64,000 nt of DNA from a virus, in the IMG/VR virus record IMGVR_UViG_3300027850_000003, positions 1 through 64,000 of that record, one strand, 5' to 3'. The notes below the pieces were generated by a model that searched no databases, was not told the origin of the DNA, and saw only the letters and a program-made list of their open reading frames with translations. Shown piece by piece: positions 1 through 10,217 of this stretch (its first letter is position 1; each line of letters begins with the position of its first letter). The position numbers were made by a program, and so were the translations under genes.

Positions 1-138
1 AGACAATGGTTGCCCACTTGCCCAAAAATGAAGGCTTCTGCGTGAAACATTGAATAATTTAGCAAGCTGTTCCCAGGTTAACCCGCTTAATCTTCTCAAT
101 TCGCTAAGAGATTTCTGCGTTGCTTCTTGATTGAGCAT
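1..138 (-). CDS. XRE-family HTH protein, partial (runs off the window edge)
   Basis: Manual translation MLNQEATQKSLSELRRLSGLTWEQLAKLFNVSRRSLHFWASG shows an XRE HTH pattern. Confidence 0.7.
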   Translation of the reverse strand, partial: MLNQEATQKSLSELRRLSGLTWEQLAKLFNVSRRSLHFWASGQPLS

Positions 139-192
139 TAGTATTCTCTTTAAATGTAAAGAAATGTTACGAAATGAAAATTAGTAATTGCC

Positions 193-969
193 TTGTACTA
201 TAATAGAGTAGTAAAGTTAAAAAGAATAATTTTTATGGACTTCAATAAATCTACTATTCAAATTGGTTCAACCTCTGCTGATGTATTTGTATCTGAAACA
301 AATGATTACTTTTACTCATTGACCTCAACTGCTGCTTTAATCGGAAAACCTGATAATTCAGCCCTACGCTTTCTTACCTCTAAGTCCTTCAAAGCTATGT
401 ATGGAGAGAGTTTTCAGCCCTACACTTTTACAGAAAAAAATCAAGACTACAAATTACTTCCGTGCAAAGTAGTTTCAAGTTATCTTATGTATTGGTGTAC
501 TAAAGGTAATGGAGAAGCAGCTAAAGTAATCTCTTCTTTGATGCAGGAGTCTTTGGAACTCAGAGCAGCTAAAGCATTTAATCAATTAACAGTCGAGAAA
601 GTCATTCAAGTTCAAAAGCTATCTGATGAATATCTGGTTACTAAAGCTAGAAGAGAAGCTAAAGACGAGCATTGTGCATTTCAACGTTCTTGCTGGCAGT
701 TAGGTTTTGTACCTTCTACTGTTCACGACTATTTAACTAAGCTAGTATTCGGGTATACTGCTAAAGAAGCTAGAGAATTACCAGAAGTTAACTTTGAAGA
801 TGAGATTTGGGAAGATTCAGAAATAGGAATCAACCATCATGAAGAACCAATCCTAATGAATCTATATCAAGCTATTAAGAGAAGATTTATCTCCTATAGG
901 AAAGGAACTTATATTGATAGAATTAATAGAGCTTATTTGGAACTCACTGAAAATGTACAACTAGGTTAG
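193..969 (+). CDS. Putative phage DNA-binding/antirepressor-like protein (paralog of 3641..4375)
   Basis: Shares YFYSLTS, YLMYWC, QESLELRA and KLVFGYTAKEARELP blocks with 3641..4375; true start probably ATG at 235. Confidence 0.5.
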   Translation: MYYNRVVKLKRIIFMDFNKSTIQIGSTSADVFVSETNDYFYSLTSTAALIGKPDNSALRFLTSKSFKAMYGESFQPYTFTEKNQDYKLLPCKVVSSYLMYWCTKGNGEAAKVISSLMQESLELRAAKAFNQLTVEKVIQVQKLSDEYLVTKARREAKDEHCAFQRSCWQLGFVPSTVHDYLTKLVFGYTAKEARELPEVNFEDEIWEDSEIGINHHEEPILMNLYQAIKRRFISYRKGTYIDRINRAYLELTENVQLG

Positions 970-977
970 TAATAATT

Positions 978-1012
978 TATCCTCTAGGACTTAATTTAAA
1001 TCTTAGAGGATA
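978..1012. terminator. Bidirectional intrinsic terminator
   Basis: TATCCTCTAGGA...TCTTAGAGGATA hairpin with flanking T tract between convergent genes. Confidence 0.65.
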
Positions 1013-1016
1013 TTTT

Positions 1017-1352
1017 TTACCCTAAATTAAAAGTTTTTTGACCTTCCCATTTTTCATCTCCAATATACCACTGATAATTCTCTTGATAAATACGAGGTAA
1101 CTTATAAGTAAATAGTATAGCATTTAATCTACTCTTAGTAGTCGCAGTCTGATATCTCGCGTCTTTTACTAATAATTCTTTTCCACTAAGTAGTTGGGCG
1201 ATAGTACGATCAAATAGGGTAATATATATGTCATCTACTGGATATTCCTTGTTTATAGGCTCATCTTTAATAACAATTACTCTGGTATTACTGTTTTTCC
1301 ACTCTTTCTTATTTTGAATAGCTTTAATCATTTGCTCTTCAATCTTTCTCAT
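1017..1352 (-). CDS. Conserved phage hypothetical protein
   Basis: MRKIEEQM...NTRV...TTKSRLNAIL...YQWY pattern resembles a widespread small phage protein. Confidence 0.6.
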   Translation of the reverse strand: MRKIEEQMIKAIQNKKEWKNSNTRVIVIKDEPINKEYPVDDIYITLFDRTIAQLLSGKELLVKDARYQTATTKSRLNAILFTYKLPRIYQENYQWYIGDEKWEGQKTFNLG

Positions 1353-1362
1353 AGTAATTCTC

Positions 1363-1809
1363 CTAGCTAAATATTAAATCTTCTTTATTTTGGTAAGAAA
1401 GTCTTAACCCTTTTACAAATTTTTCAGTCTTCTCTATCCAATTCCATGAATATTCTGTCTCTCCTTCTTCTACTGGTAAGAGGTCAATTAAAAGTTCTAA
1501 GCAATCTGCTATTTTTTTACAATATTTCCAAGAAATTGTACCATCACAATCGGAATGACTTAATAGTAAATTTAAAGAAGAATGTCTAAGACACTCCCAT
1601 TTAATAGGTAAATTTTTATCTAACTCTTGTAATATTCTGTCTGGTGGTGAAGAAGTCCATAAAGTAGGCATACCAGTTTCCAAAGGTTTATAGAATCCTT
1701 CCATAAGTTCTAAAGGTGGTAATCCTGCTACTTGAGCTATTCTTTTCCTCCAAGCCATAAATGCTCCATAACTGCCAACCCAAGTTTTGTGACTAATATT
1801 AAGTCCCAT
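1363..1809 (-). CDS. Phage hypothetical protein
   Basis: ORF with RBS; SYGAFMAWR and LLSHSDCDG motifs. Confidence 0.55.
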   Translation of the reverse strand: MGLNISHKTWVGSYGAFMAWRKRIAQVAGLPPLELMEGFYKPLETGMPTLWTSSPPDRILQELDKNLPIKWECLRHSSLNLLLSHSDCDGTISWKYCKKIADCLELLIDLLPVEEGETEYSWNWIEKTEKFVKGLRLSYQNKEDLIFS

Positions 1810-1869
1810 AAAATAGTCTCCTATATATTATGTTAAAGTCTTAGTAGAATAATAAATCTTATCTTAGCA

Positions 1870-3165
1870 ATGAATAGTAGTTTTCAAGAATCACTTTATA
1901 CCACGAATCATAGTAGTAAAATCTCTCGTTTATCTCAAAATACTGTACAAGAAATTAGTAGAGTAGATGATGTATCTTTAGCTGAATATCTTAGGATGTT
2001 ACATTCTGACCCAGTAGTTAAAGCTTGTGTAGATATAAAATGTCTTAGAGCTTCTAACACTTTTGGAATTTATCAGCATACTAAACCTGAAATAACTGAG
2101 TTTATGCAGTCTATGTTTGCTAATATGAAAGACACTCTTAAAAAAAATGTAGGAGAGTTAGCTGTTTGTTCTGCATTAGGTTTCTCAGTAGCTGAAATTA
2201 ACTTTAAGATAGATAAGATGTTTTTAGTCTTAGATTCTATCTATGTTTTAGATTTAGAGAAAGTTAAATTTAAAGGTTGTAAGGGGAATATTGAACACGT
2301 TCTTTACCATGATGGAAATAACTCTAATATCTATGTCCCTTATAAAAAAGTTATTCACGTAACTAACTCCTCCTCCACTACTTTTAACGATCCTTTTGGT
2401 TCGGCAGAGTGTAAAAGAGCTTATAAATATTCTAGAGCTAAGCTTGCAATTTTATCTGATATGGTACTTTCGGGAAGAAATTTAGCTACTGGCATTTTAA
2501 TAGGTAAAGTAGATAGCAATGTGACTACTAATACTACTGTTACTGATGCTTATGGGAATCATCTTATGGGAAGTGACGGAAAACCTATTAGAAAGAATGC
2601 TGCTCAAGCCCTATTTGAGAAGTTAGTTGCTTTGGAAAATCATTCAGTCTTAGTAACAGATAAAGCTAATGATATTTTTCCTATTACTGTTCCTGATGGT
2701 TCTCAGTTCTGGAATAACGCACTTCAACAATTAGATAAATATATTATGAGAAGTTTCGGTATTCCTACTCTAGTATTCGAGGAAGGTTCAGGAGCATTAG
2801 GAGTAGCTACTTTATCAGCAAAACAGTCCACTTTGTTAGATGCTACAGTTGAAGTAATTGTAACTCAAATCCAAGACCAGATTATAGAAAAAGTATGTAA
2901 ACCAATTATCCTATTTAATTTTGGTAAACAGAAAGATTATGGTAGATTTACTATTGATTCTAGTTCCGATCCTGGAATTGAAATGCAACAGTTACAATCT
3001 ATATTTACTGCTATATCAATGGGAATTTTTACCCCTGATGACCCAATTATTAACAATAGAATTAGAGGATTTTTAGGACTTCCACTACAAACTGAGAAAG
3101 AGATTGAAGAAGCTAAAGCACTTAAGCAATTAGATCAACAATCTCAAATGCAACAAGAGCTTTAG
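1870..3165 (+). CDS. Portal protein (DUF935/Mu gp29-like)
   Basis: 431 aa; DPVVKAC, ALGFSVAEI, DPFGSAECKRAY, LDKYIMRSFG and IRGFLGLP motifs typical of Mu-like portals. Confidence 0.8.
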   Translation: MNSSFQESLYTTNHSSKISRLSQNTVQEISRVDDVSLAEYLRMLHSDPVVKACVDIKCLRASNTFGIYQHTKPEITEFMQSMFANMKDTLKKNVGELAVCSALGFSVAEINFKIDKMFLVLDSIYVLDLEKVKFKGCKGNIEHVLYHDGNNSNIYVPYKKVIHVTNSSSTTFNDPFGSAECKRAYKYSRAKLAILSDMVLSGRNLATGILIGKVDSNVTTNTTVTDAYGNHLMGSDGKPIRKNAAQALFEKLVALENHSVLVTDKANDIFPITVPDGSQFWNNALQQLDKYIMRSFGIPTLVFEEGSGALGVATLSAKQSTLLDATVEVIVTQIQDQIIEKVCKPIILFNFGKQKDYGRFTIDSSSDPGIEMQQLQSIFTAISMGIFTPDDPIINNRIRGFLGLPLQTEKEIEEAKALKQLDQQSQMQQEL

Positions 3166-3640
3166 ATGTAGTTTACTTTCTACCCATAAACTTTACCAAT
3201 CTCCTAGTGATAGTAGCCAAGCTTTCATGTCATTATTCGGGATAAAACTACTTTCTTCAAAATTAATCATCTCTTCTAAAGCTTCAATAGTGTTTTCTTC
3301 TTTATAAACACATTCTTCTAATCTACTCAGTAACTCATCTACTAAATTAGAGTAATCTGTGACCGTAACTTGATAGTTATAATCGCTACTATTTTGTACT
3401 TTAGAGTTTAGTGTATTTGCCAATTCACGATATAGTTCTAGCTCTTCTTTAGTTATCATCTGGACTCGTACCTTTTTATAATAAGAATGATTAAACTTCC
3501 ATCTCTATAAAGGTTTTGGACTCGTACCTTTTTCTTCATAACGTTTAATTATACTTTAGACGGGAATCATAAGAAATTTGTATTTGTTGTTTAGCAGCTA
3601 TAAAGTTAAACTATAAAGGTACTGAAGAGAAAAGCTAATT

Positions 3641-4375
3641 ATGTTCACTAAGACTTCTGCTCAAATTGGTGGTTTTAAGGCAACTGTATTTTTGGATAAT
3701 GACACTAACGAGTATTTTTACTCACTGACTTCTGTAGCTGAATTAGTAGCAAAACCTCCTTCTAGCCCCTCGGAATTTTTAACTTCTAGAGCCTTCAAAG
3801 CTAGTTATAGTAAGGCTTTTACCCCCTCGGAATTTTCCGATGAAACAGGCGCTAGATATAAATTGTTATCCTGTGACGTTGCCTTAGAATATCTGATGTA
3901 TTGGTGTCAGAAAGGTGATAAAAAAGCATCTGCTATTATTTTTGCATTGGCTCAAGAATCTTTAGAACTCAGAGCTAGAAAAGCATTTGGAACTCTCACT
4001 TTAGAAACCCTCTCAGATGTTCACAAATTGACTGATGACGCTCTTATTACAGCTTTAAGGATAAATGCTAAGGATGCTCACAACACCTTTCAAAGGGCGT
4101 GTTACGGCTCGAAAATGAATCCAAGTGCAGTCCATGATAGAGTGACAAAATTAGTATTCGGATATACTGCTAAAGAAGCTAGAGAACTCCCTATGACAGA
4201 TTTAGAAGACGATGTTTGGTTAAATCAAGCTATTGGTATTAATCATGAACACACTAAGGACAGAGCGTTAATGCAAACTTACCGAGACGTTAAGAATAAA
4301 ATTTTCTCCTATAGAAAAGGAACTTGGGAAGAGAAAGTAGATAGAGCTTATCAAGAAGCTACAGAAAATATTTAG
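3641..4375 (+). CDS. Putative DNA-binding/antirepressor-like protein (paralog of 193..969)
   Basis: Aligns over its full length with 193..969. Confidence 0.5.
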   Translation: MFTKTSAQIGGFKATVFLDNDTNEYFYSLTSVAELVAKPPSSPSEFLTSRAFKASYSKAFTPSEFSDETGARYKLLSCDVALEYLMYWCQKGDKKASAIIFALAQESLELRARKAFGTLTLETLSDVHKLTDDALITALRINAKDAHNTFQRACYGSKMNPSAVHDRVTKLVFGYTAKEARELPMTDLEDDVWLNQAIGINHEHTKDRALMQTYRDVKNKIFSYRKGTWEEKVDRAYQEATENI

Positions 4376-4384
4376 TAAATAATT

Positions 4385-4414
4385 AGAGGTAGAAATCAAC
4401 TAAGACTCTACCTC
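4385..4414. terminator. Bidirectional intrinsic terminator
   Basis: AGAGGTAGA...TCTACCTCT followed by T tract between convergent genes. Confidence 0.65.
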
Positions 4415-4421
4415 TTTCTTT

Positions 4422-4841
4422 TTATTTTAGGAATTCTTCTTCTAAGATATCAGCTATTTGATTAAAGTCTAATTCCCAAACATCGTTTAACTCAGCTAAA
4501 CTATAATAACCCCACGTATTAACTCTATCTTCTTTTTTATAATTTTCTTCTAGTATTTCTATTAGTTTTGGATTTTCTAAGCTGATTTTAAAAAGATGTG
4601 TTCTTTCTTCTAAGTCCAATAAGTTTAGAATACTCTTAGGTAATACACTCTCTTCATTTAAAATAGTACAGCAATCATCTTCTTCAAGTAGCGCTTCCCA
4701 GTCTATCCTGTTAGTGAGGTCACAGAGAACTCCTAGACAACAAAACTTATTATCTCTACTCCTTAAATAGGATTGTCCCTGTTGATACTCTCCACTTCTA
4801 AGAGCTTCGATCCATTCTTTGATAAAAATTAAGTTAGTCAT
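4422..4841 (-). CDS. Conserved phage hypothetical protein
   Basis: WIEALRSGEYQQG...FCCLGVLCD...LND...FNQIAD motif common in phages. Confidence 0.65.
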   Translation of the reverse strand: MTNLIFIKEWIEALRSGEYQQGQSYLRSRDNKFCCLGVLCDLTNRIDWEALLEEDDCCTILNEESVLPKSILNLLDLEERTHLFKISLENPKLIEILEENYKKEDRVNTWGYYSLAELNDVWELDFNQIADILEEEFLK

Positions 4842-4906
4842 ATTTTTTTTAAAATACCAACATTAACAGCATGAGAAGAAAGATAATCAACATAAGTTCC
4901 ATCATA

Positions 4907-5638
4907 TTAAACCCACCCTAAAGCTTCAGAAATTACTGGAAATTGTTCTTTAAATATAGCTTGAATCTGTAATGCTATTTCTCTATGTTCTTTTTGTACT
5001 CCTTCTCCTAATGCACGTACTTGAATATAGTGAATCCAGTTTCTAAGGTTATTCTTCATATAAAGTCTAGTAGTCATTGTAGTAGGTAGAAGGAAGCGAA
5101 TAGTTTCTTTAGCTATTCCTTTTTTTAATAAGCGTTTATATAGTTTAAGACTATTACTTAAATGCTCTTGAACCTCATCAAATATTTCTTCTATTCTATC
5201 TGTATCATCATAACTGTCACTATTAATAAGATTTAAGAAATTTTCAGTGTATAGTTCAACACTTTCCTCACTCACACGAGCTATTCTATCTAAACTATTT
5301 TGTCTATTCTTGTCGTCTTGAAGTCTAAATTCTATTGGCTCTAAAGATTCTACCTCTGCATATCTTGCTGAAAACTGTTGAAATTTAGCTTGATGTCTCA
5401 ATAGTTGAGCAGAAATTGCCTGACTGGTAACTATCTCAACTGTCATGTCCACTTGTTCAAATATAGACCAATGAGACTTTCTCACACAGTAGTTAAGAAG
5501 CTTATTTGCAGTATCTAGATTATTTTGATTTTTGGGGTTTGACACACGAGCTATAAATACAATATATTGCTCAGGAGTAGGAATTTTACCTTCAATCTTT
5601 ATTACTGGTTGAGTTAAGCTAACTAATTTAACTGTCAT
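4907..5638 (-). CDS. thyX: Flavin-dependent thymidylate synthase
   Basis: HWSIFE, QLLRH...FQQFSARY and NLRNWIHYIQVR ThyX signature. Confidence 0.95.
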   Translation of the reverse strand: MTVKLVSLTQPVIKIEGKIPTPEQYIVFIARVSNPKNQNNLDTANKLLNYCVRKSHWSIFEQVDMTVEIVTSQAISAQLLRHQAKFQQFSARYAEVESLEPIEFRLQDDKNRQNSLDRIARVSEESVELYTENFLNLINSDSYDDTDRIEEIFDEVQEHLSNSLKLYKRLLKKGIAKETIRFLLPTTMTTRLYMKNNLRNWIHYIQVRALGEGVQKEHREIALQIQAIFKEQFPVISEALGWV

Positions 5639-5930
5639 ATAATAGTTCCTCTACCATTTGATAAGCCAAGTCATAGTAAGAACTCTCATTACAAGAGTAA
5701 TTATAAGTATCATACCGATTAAGATTTTCTAGCCAATACCTCCAACTAAAATCGCTTAACTGTTCCCAGCCTAAAAATTCTAAGGTTCTTAATACTTCTA
5801 ATTCACTAATGCTTAAAGGTAGTACAATATCTATACTTCCCTTATTAGCTAAGATTTTAGTATTAGGAATAATACTTAAGAATACAGATAAACCTTGACA
5901 AATATTTAGAGTGTTATTATTTTGCATTGT

Positions 5931-6485
5931 TTATTCTTTTTTTACTCTTAGTTGAATATCTTCTAAGCTTAGCTCTTCTTCTTGAGTATATAAAGCTTCT
6001 AAATACTCCCACATATACAAAATAGTAAAATTATCCTCCATCTTATCTCTTAAGAGTTCAGAAAATAAAGGAAACTCTTTCTTATATATTTTATATAACT
6101 TAGGATTATCGTCTAAGCTACACTCTGTATTAACTATCCTATCTACCAATTTAACCATCAGAGCTTTTCTATTAGTCTTAATTTTCTCAGCAGTTTTCTT
6201 TAGACTTTCTACTCTATTCTTAGCTGGAGTATTAGTGACTGCATAAACTATATCTGCTACTTCTTTACCGAATTGAATCCTTAATGTCTCATGGCTAACC
6301 CAACAATCTTCTATTGAGTCATGTAACCAAGCAGATGCTAATATAACTTCATCTTTTACTTTAAATAAACCTTTAAGAGTAGAATAGACATCTCTTAAGT
6401 GAGAAATATAAGGTAGTTCTCCATACTTTTGATTTCTGTGAACTATACTGGCAAATTCCTTAGCTCTAGCAATTAAGTCTGACAT
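5931..6485 (-). CDS. HD-domain hydrolase, SpoT/Mesh1-like
   Basis: HRNQKYGELPYISH, AWLHDSIED and VKLVDRIVN motifs of RelA/SpoT HD domain. Confidence 0.85.
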   Translation of the reverse strand: MSDLIARAKEFASIVHRNQKYGELPYISHLRDVYSTLKGLFKVKDEVILASAWLHDSIEDCWVSHETLRIQFGKEVADIVYAVTNTPAKNRVESLKKTAEKIKTNRKALMVKLVDRIVNTECSLDDNPKLYKIYKKEFPLFSELLRDKMEDNFTILYMWEYLEALYTQEEELSLEDIQLRVKKE

Positions 6486-7150
6486 TATTTTATTCCTAAA
6501 TTTTTAAGTTCATTAATATTAGATATCATAACTAATATAGTAAATAGGTCATTACCAGGATGTACTCTACCATACTTACTCATCACTTTATTCCATTTAT
6601 AATAGTTACTCCCTAAATAGAAAAGAGTAGTAGCAAATGGTGAAGAATCACTAAACTTTTTTAACTCGTACTCTTTAAGAAAAAATTGAGCTAATCTATA
6701 TAGTTTATAAGTAACTAATAAGTGAAAAGTAGCAATAAATAGCTCTACATTAGTTAAGTCTCCAGGGATAAATTTAACTCTCTTATTTAACTCGCAGAAG
6801 GGGTAAGGGTAAAGTAATTGGTAAGTTTTAGTCTCAACAGCAGATTTTAAAAGAATAACAGCTTCTCTAACTCTTCCTTCTTCATATTCACTAATTAGTT
6901 TAGGGACTGCTTTATCTATTAAAGAGAACGGAGGATTTAACCAAACTGTACCAAACCAAGCTAAAGATAAACCATCATTTTCTTTAGTAAAATATCTCTC
7001 AGCTTTTACTGTTTTATTAGCTGAATGATTAGACATAGGGTCTAAATTAATATGTCCTAGAACTTCTCTAGCTGCTTCTATTAGATATTCAGGAGTATTA
7101 TGCTCATCACTATTACTGGATGTTAATACCTTTAATTGAGAGCTTTTCAT
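6485..7150 (-). CDS. DNA N6-adenine methyltransferase (phage Dam-type)
   Basis: DEHNTP, LDP, DGL and WLNPPF motifs. Confidence 0.85.
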   Translation of the reverse strand: MKSSQLKVLTSSNSDEHNTPEYLIEAAREVLGHINLDPMSNHSANKTVKAERYFTKENDGLSLAWFGTVWLNPPFSLIDKAVPKLISEYEEGRVREAVILLKSAVETKTYQLLYPYPFCELNKRVKFIPGDLTNVELFIATFHLLVTYKLYRLAQFFLKEYELKKFSDSSPFATTLFYLGSNYYKWNKVMSKYGRVHPGNDLFTILVMISNINELKNLGIK

Positions 7151-7518
7151 TAGTACAGCACTACCTTTAAACCTAAATCATATTTCTTAGCATTGTTTAT
7201 CATATTTTGACTACCTTTACTACCCTCTTTCACCATAAATACTATGCAGTGAGTAGCATATTTAGCCATTTCTTGATTTCTTACCATACCTGCTCCTCTA
7301 CCAAGACCATTCCAATCAGGGGTAAAGTATTTAACAGGGTATTCTTTGTTATGAGCATAAGTTGAACCCATACTATCCGCTCCTCTAGCACCTCCAGAAA
7401 TTACTTCAATATTTTTATCATTCAGTAAAGAGAGGTATTCGTCTACTTCTTTATTCAGTAACTCCCAAGCTTCATCGCTATGAAATTCTCTGGAACCTGC
7501 AATTATTAATTTAATCAT
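7150..7518 (-). CDS. SLOG/YspA-like (DUF2493) protein
   Basis: IIAGSR, ISGGARGAD, AGMVRNQEM and SKGS motifs. Confidence 0.85.
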   Translation of the reverse strand: MIKLIIAGSREFHSDEAWELLNKEVDEYLSLLNDKNIEVISGGARGADSMGSTYAHNKEYPVKYFTPDWNGLGRGAGMVRNQEMAKYATHCIVFMVKEGSKGSQNMINNAKKYDLGLKVVLY

Positions 7519-7605
7519 AATAAGAAATACGGTATGTGGGAAAATACTAAGAGTGTAAAATTAGTCTTTTAATGTGTAGGGGTTAGTCACCTCCCCTATT
7601 TATTT

Positions 7606-8151
7606 TTACTTCAGTCCAGAACTTCCAAAGCCTTTTCCTCCTCTATCTTTCTTTGGTATAGAATCAATTACAGTAAAGTCAATATTTGCTCTTGATACAC
7701 ATTGAATTTGTGCTACTCTATCTCCAATCTCATAAGGCTTTAACTCTTCAATTAAATGATAGAAAATAAGTGAATATTCTCCTGTATATCCCTCATCACC
7801 AGTACCAATTCCATTAGAAAGTATTAGTCCAGTCTTATAAATAGAACTTCTAGCCCTTATCTGTAATTCAGCTTCTTGTGGAAGGTCTAAAGCAAATCCT
7901 AAACCATATTGATATCCATAAGGACTATTACCATAATACCCATCTAGTACGTCAGTATAAATAGCTTTTTTACTAACTGCAAAAACATCATAACAAGAGT
8001 CAGTATAATTAGCTTTTTCTGGTAATCTAGCTTCTGGATGAAGTAATTGAATTCCTACTTGATGAGTTAAACACTTCTTAGTAATATCTAAAATTATTTC
8101 CTCAGTATTTCCGTTAAAACTATCCCCAATATGAACATTATATTTATTCAT
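7606..8151 (-). CDS. dut: Trimeric dUTPase
   Basis: RSS, GTGDEGYTGE, GDRVAQ and RGGKGFGSSG motifs. Confidence 0.93.
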   Translation of the reverse strand: MNKYNVHIGDSFNGNTEEIILDITKKCLTHQVGIQLLHPEARLPEKANYTDSCYDVFAVSKKAIYTDVLDGYYGNSPYGYQYGLGFALDLPQEAELQIRARSSIYKTGLILSNGIGTGDEGYTGEYSLIFYHLIEELKPYEIGDRVAQIQCVSRANIDFTVIDSIPKKDRGGKGFGSSGLK

Positions 8152-8734
8152 TGTTTTAGTTCTCCATCAATTTTTTCTTCTAGTTCCTTAATAGTCTCAA
8201 TCATTTCTTCTACTAGAAATTTTAGAGATTCTACTATGTCTTCAGGTTTAATATCGTAACCCTTGAGCATTGAGGTATAGTCTTGCTGATACTCTTCTGC
8301 TTTATTGCTCACACTCTGTACTCCTAAAAAGTATTTGGAAATATACGCTTTAATAAGTTAAAGTACATTCACTATTAAAACAATACCCTGTCTCTCCATC
8401 TTCTTCTTCTATTGTTTTTTTATAGAAATAACCATTAATATCCTCTATTACAACGTGAAAATCTTTATTAGTTATTTGTTTTTTAACTACTCTTGCTATT
8501 AGCTCATCTATTACTAAATATGTGCTTATGAGAATAACATCATTTTCTACTAAACCATAAAGCTCTAAAAAACTAACAGTGCTATCATAACCACTATCTA
8601 AAATTATATCTACAAAAGGAGAAATACTAAAATCAGATATAGCTTCTCCTCTTCTACAGTAAATAATTATTGGTTTTAAATCTTCTATCTCAGCTAGTAT
8701 TTTTGTGATACTTTTAACGTTCATATCTAATCCC

Positions 8735-9373
8735 TTAAAACTTAGGTGGATTATAGTCTGTAACCTTAGCTTCCCAATATAGCTCGTTAATACCTAGTTT
8801 CTTAGTAGTATATCTAGTAACCCAGAATAAATAAGTAGAACTTCTATTTAATAGAGCAGAAGTCTCTTTCTTACTATTAGTGATAGGTGCTAATCCATAA
8901 AGAGTTGCATACCACTCAGAATAAGAACTTTCTAACTTTCTAAAACTAATACGAGCAAAGTCTAACCATAAGAGTCTAATATCTCTAAAGGATAAGAAGT
9001 CTCTGCAATCGTCTAAATCTAACTGAAGATAATTGATTCTGTTATCTAAGGTTTCTACTACTGTATTAGGAAAGATATGATTAATAGAATCGTCACTTCC
9101 CCAAGTAAAACAATAAGTACCTAATGAATGGAGATTTTCTATAAACCATTGAATCTGATATTCGTCAAACTTTTCTAAAAAAGGATCTTGCAAATGACAG
9201 ACTAACACCATTGATAAAGCCCATTTAGTCTTCTCAATTTCTCCGTAAACTCTATGAGCAGGAGAATGTTTCGGTAATCTGAGTCCTTTAATAAACTCAG
9301 AAGATAAATCATCCCCCTTACCGTAATGCTTAGTGCCTAGTTTAATTCTTGGTACTTTCTTACTAATATTCAC
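8735..9373 (-). CDS. PduO-type cob(I)alamin adenosyltransferase-like protein
   Basis: N-terminal GKGD...RLPKHS...VYGEIE, ARISFRKLE and LNRSSTYLFWVTRY resemble PduO motifs (TGD..G, YGTVDE, R..RRAER, LNRLSD.LF..AR). Confidence 0.65.
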   Translation of the reverse strand: MNISKKVPRIKLGTKHYGKGDDLSSEFIKGLRLPKHSPAHRVYGEIEKTKWALSMVLVCHLQDPFLEKFDEYQIQWFIENLHSLGTYCFTWGSDDSINHIFPNTVVETLDNRINYLQLDLDDCRDFLSFRDIRLLWLDFARISFRKLESSYSEWYATLYGLAPITNSKKETSALLNRSSTYLFWVTRYTTKKLGINELYWEAKVTDYNPPKF

Positions 9374-10217
9374 GTAATACTATTCTCCCACTCTTCTAAT
9401 AGTTGAATAGACATTAGTAGTTTTTCTAATCCAACATGAATATCTAACTTTTCCCATTGAATAGCTTCTTCACCTAATAAAGTTACTTTAGTTATCTCTT
9501 CCTCTGTCTTATCTATTAAACACTTAAAATCAATAACAGGGATAGCATAGGGAAAAATATTAATAGATGTATCTGACCTATACTCATCTTTTAAATAGAA
9601 TATTAATTCAATACTTTTAGTAGAGGGAAAATATGTTACACCTTCTATCTTCCAGTGCATTTTTTTTATATTTTTGTTTCGCTGCTTCCATTTAGTAATC
9701 ATAAATTATCTCCCAAATTCCATGATAAAGAACGCAAACATATACAGAGCAATACCCCAAAACAAGATATCTATTATGAGTTCCATATTTCTAACCTTGT
9801 TCTGCTACCCATAAAAAGATAAAAATTGCAATGAAAATACATCCAACGGCAAAGAAAAAGTTTAACATGATTAGTTTTATAATTTCATATTGTAATTTCC
9901 AAAATCATCTTTTGAAAGTCAGGACAACTAGCCCACTGACTCATTCTCATATCTTTAGTCATAGTTAACTCTAAGTCCTCATAGTGAGCTATTAGTGGTA
10001 AACTATGCAAGTGACAAAACCCTCTTACTACGTTAAATATTGAAGCAGCAGAGGTAGATATCTTATAAGACTCTTTCTCTGTATCCTTTAAGAACTTGTT
10101 AAGAGATTGAATTACCTTATACTCAGAATGAAGTAGACTGTCTCTCATATAGTAGAAGTAAATTGTCTTAGTCATAAAAGTAATACGGTATGTAGAAAAC
10201 TCAGTGGATTTAGTACA

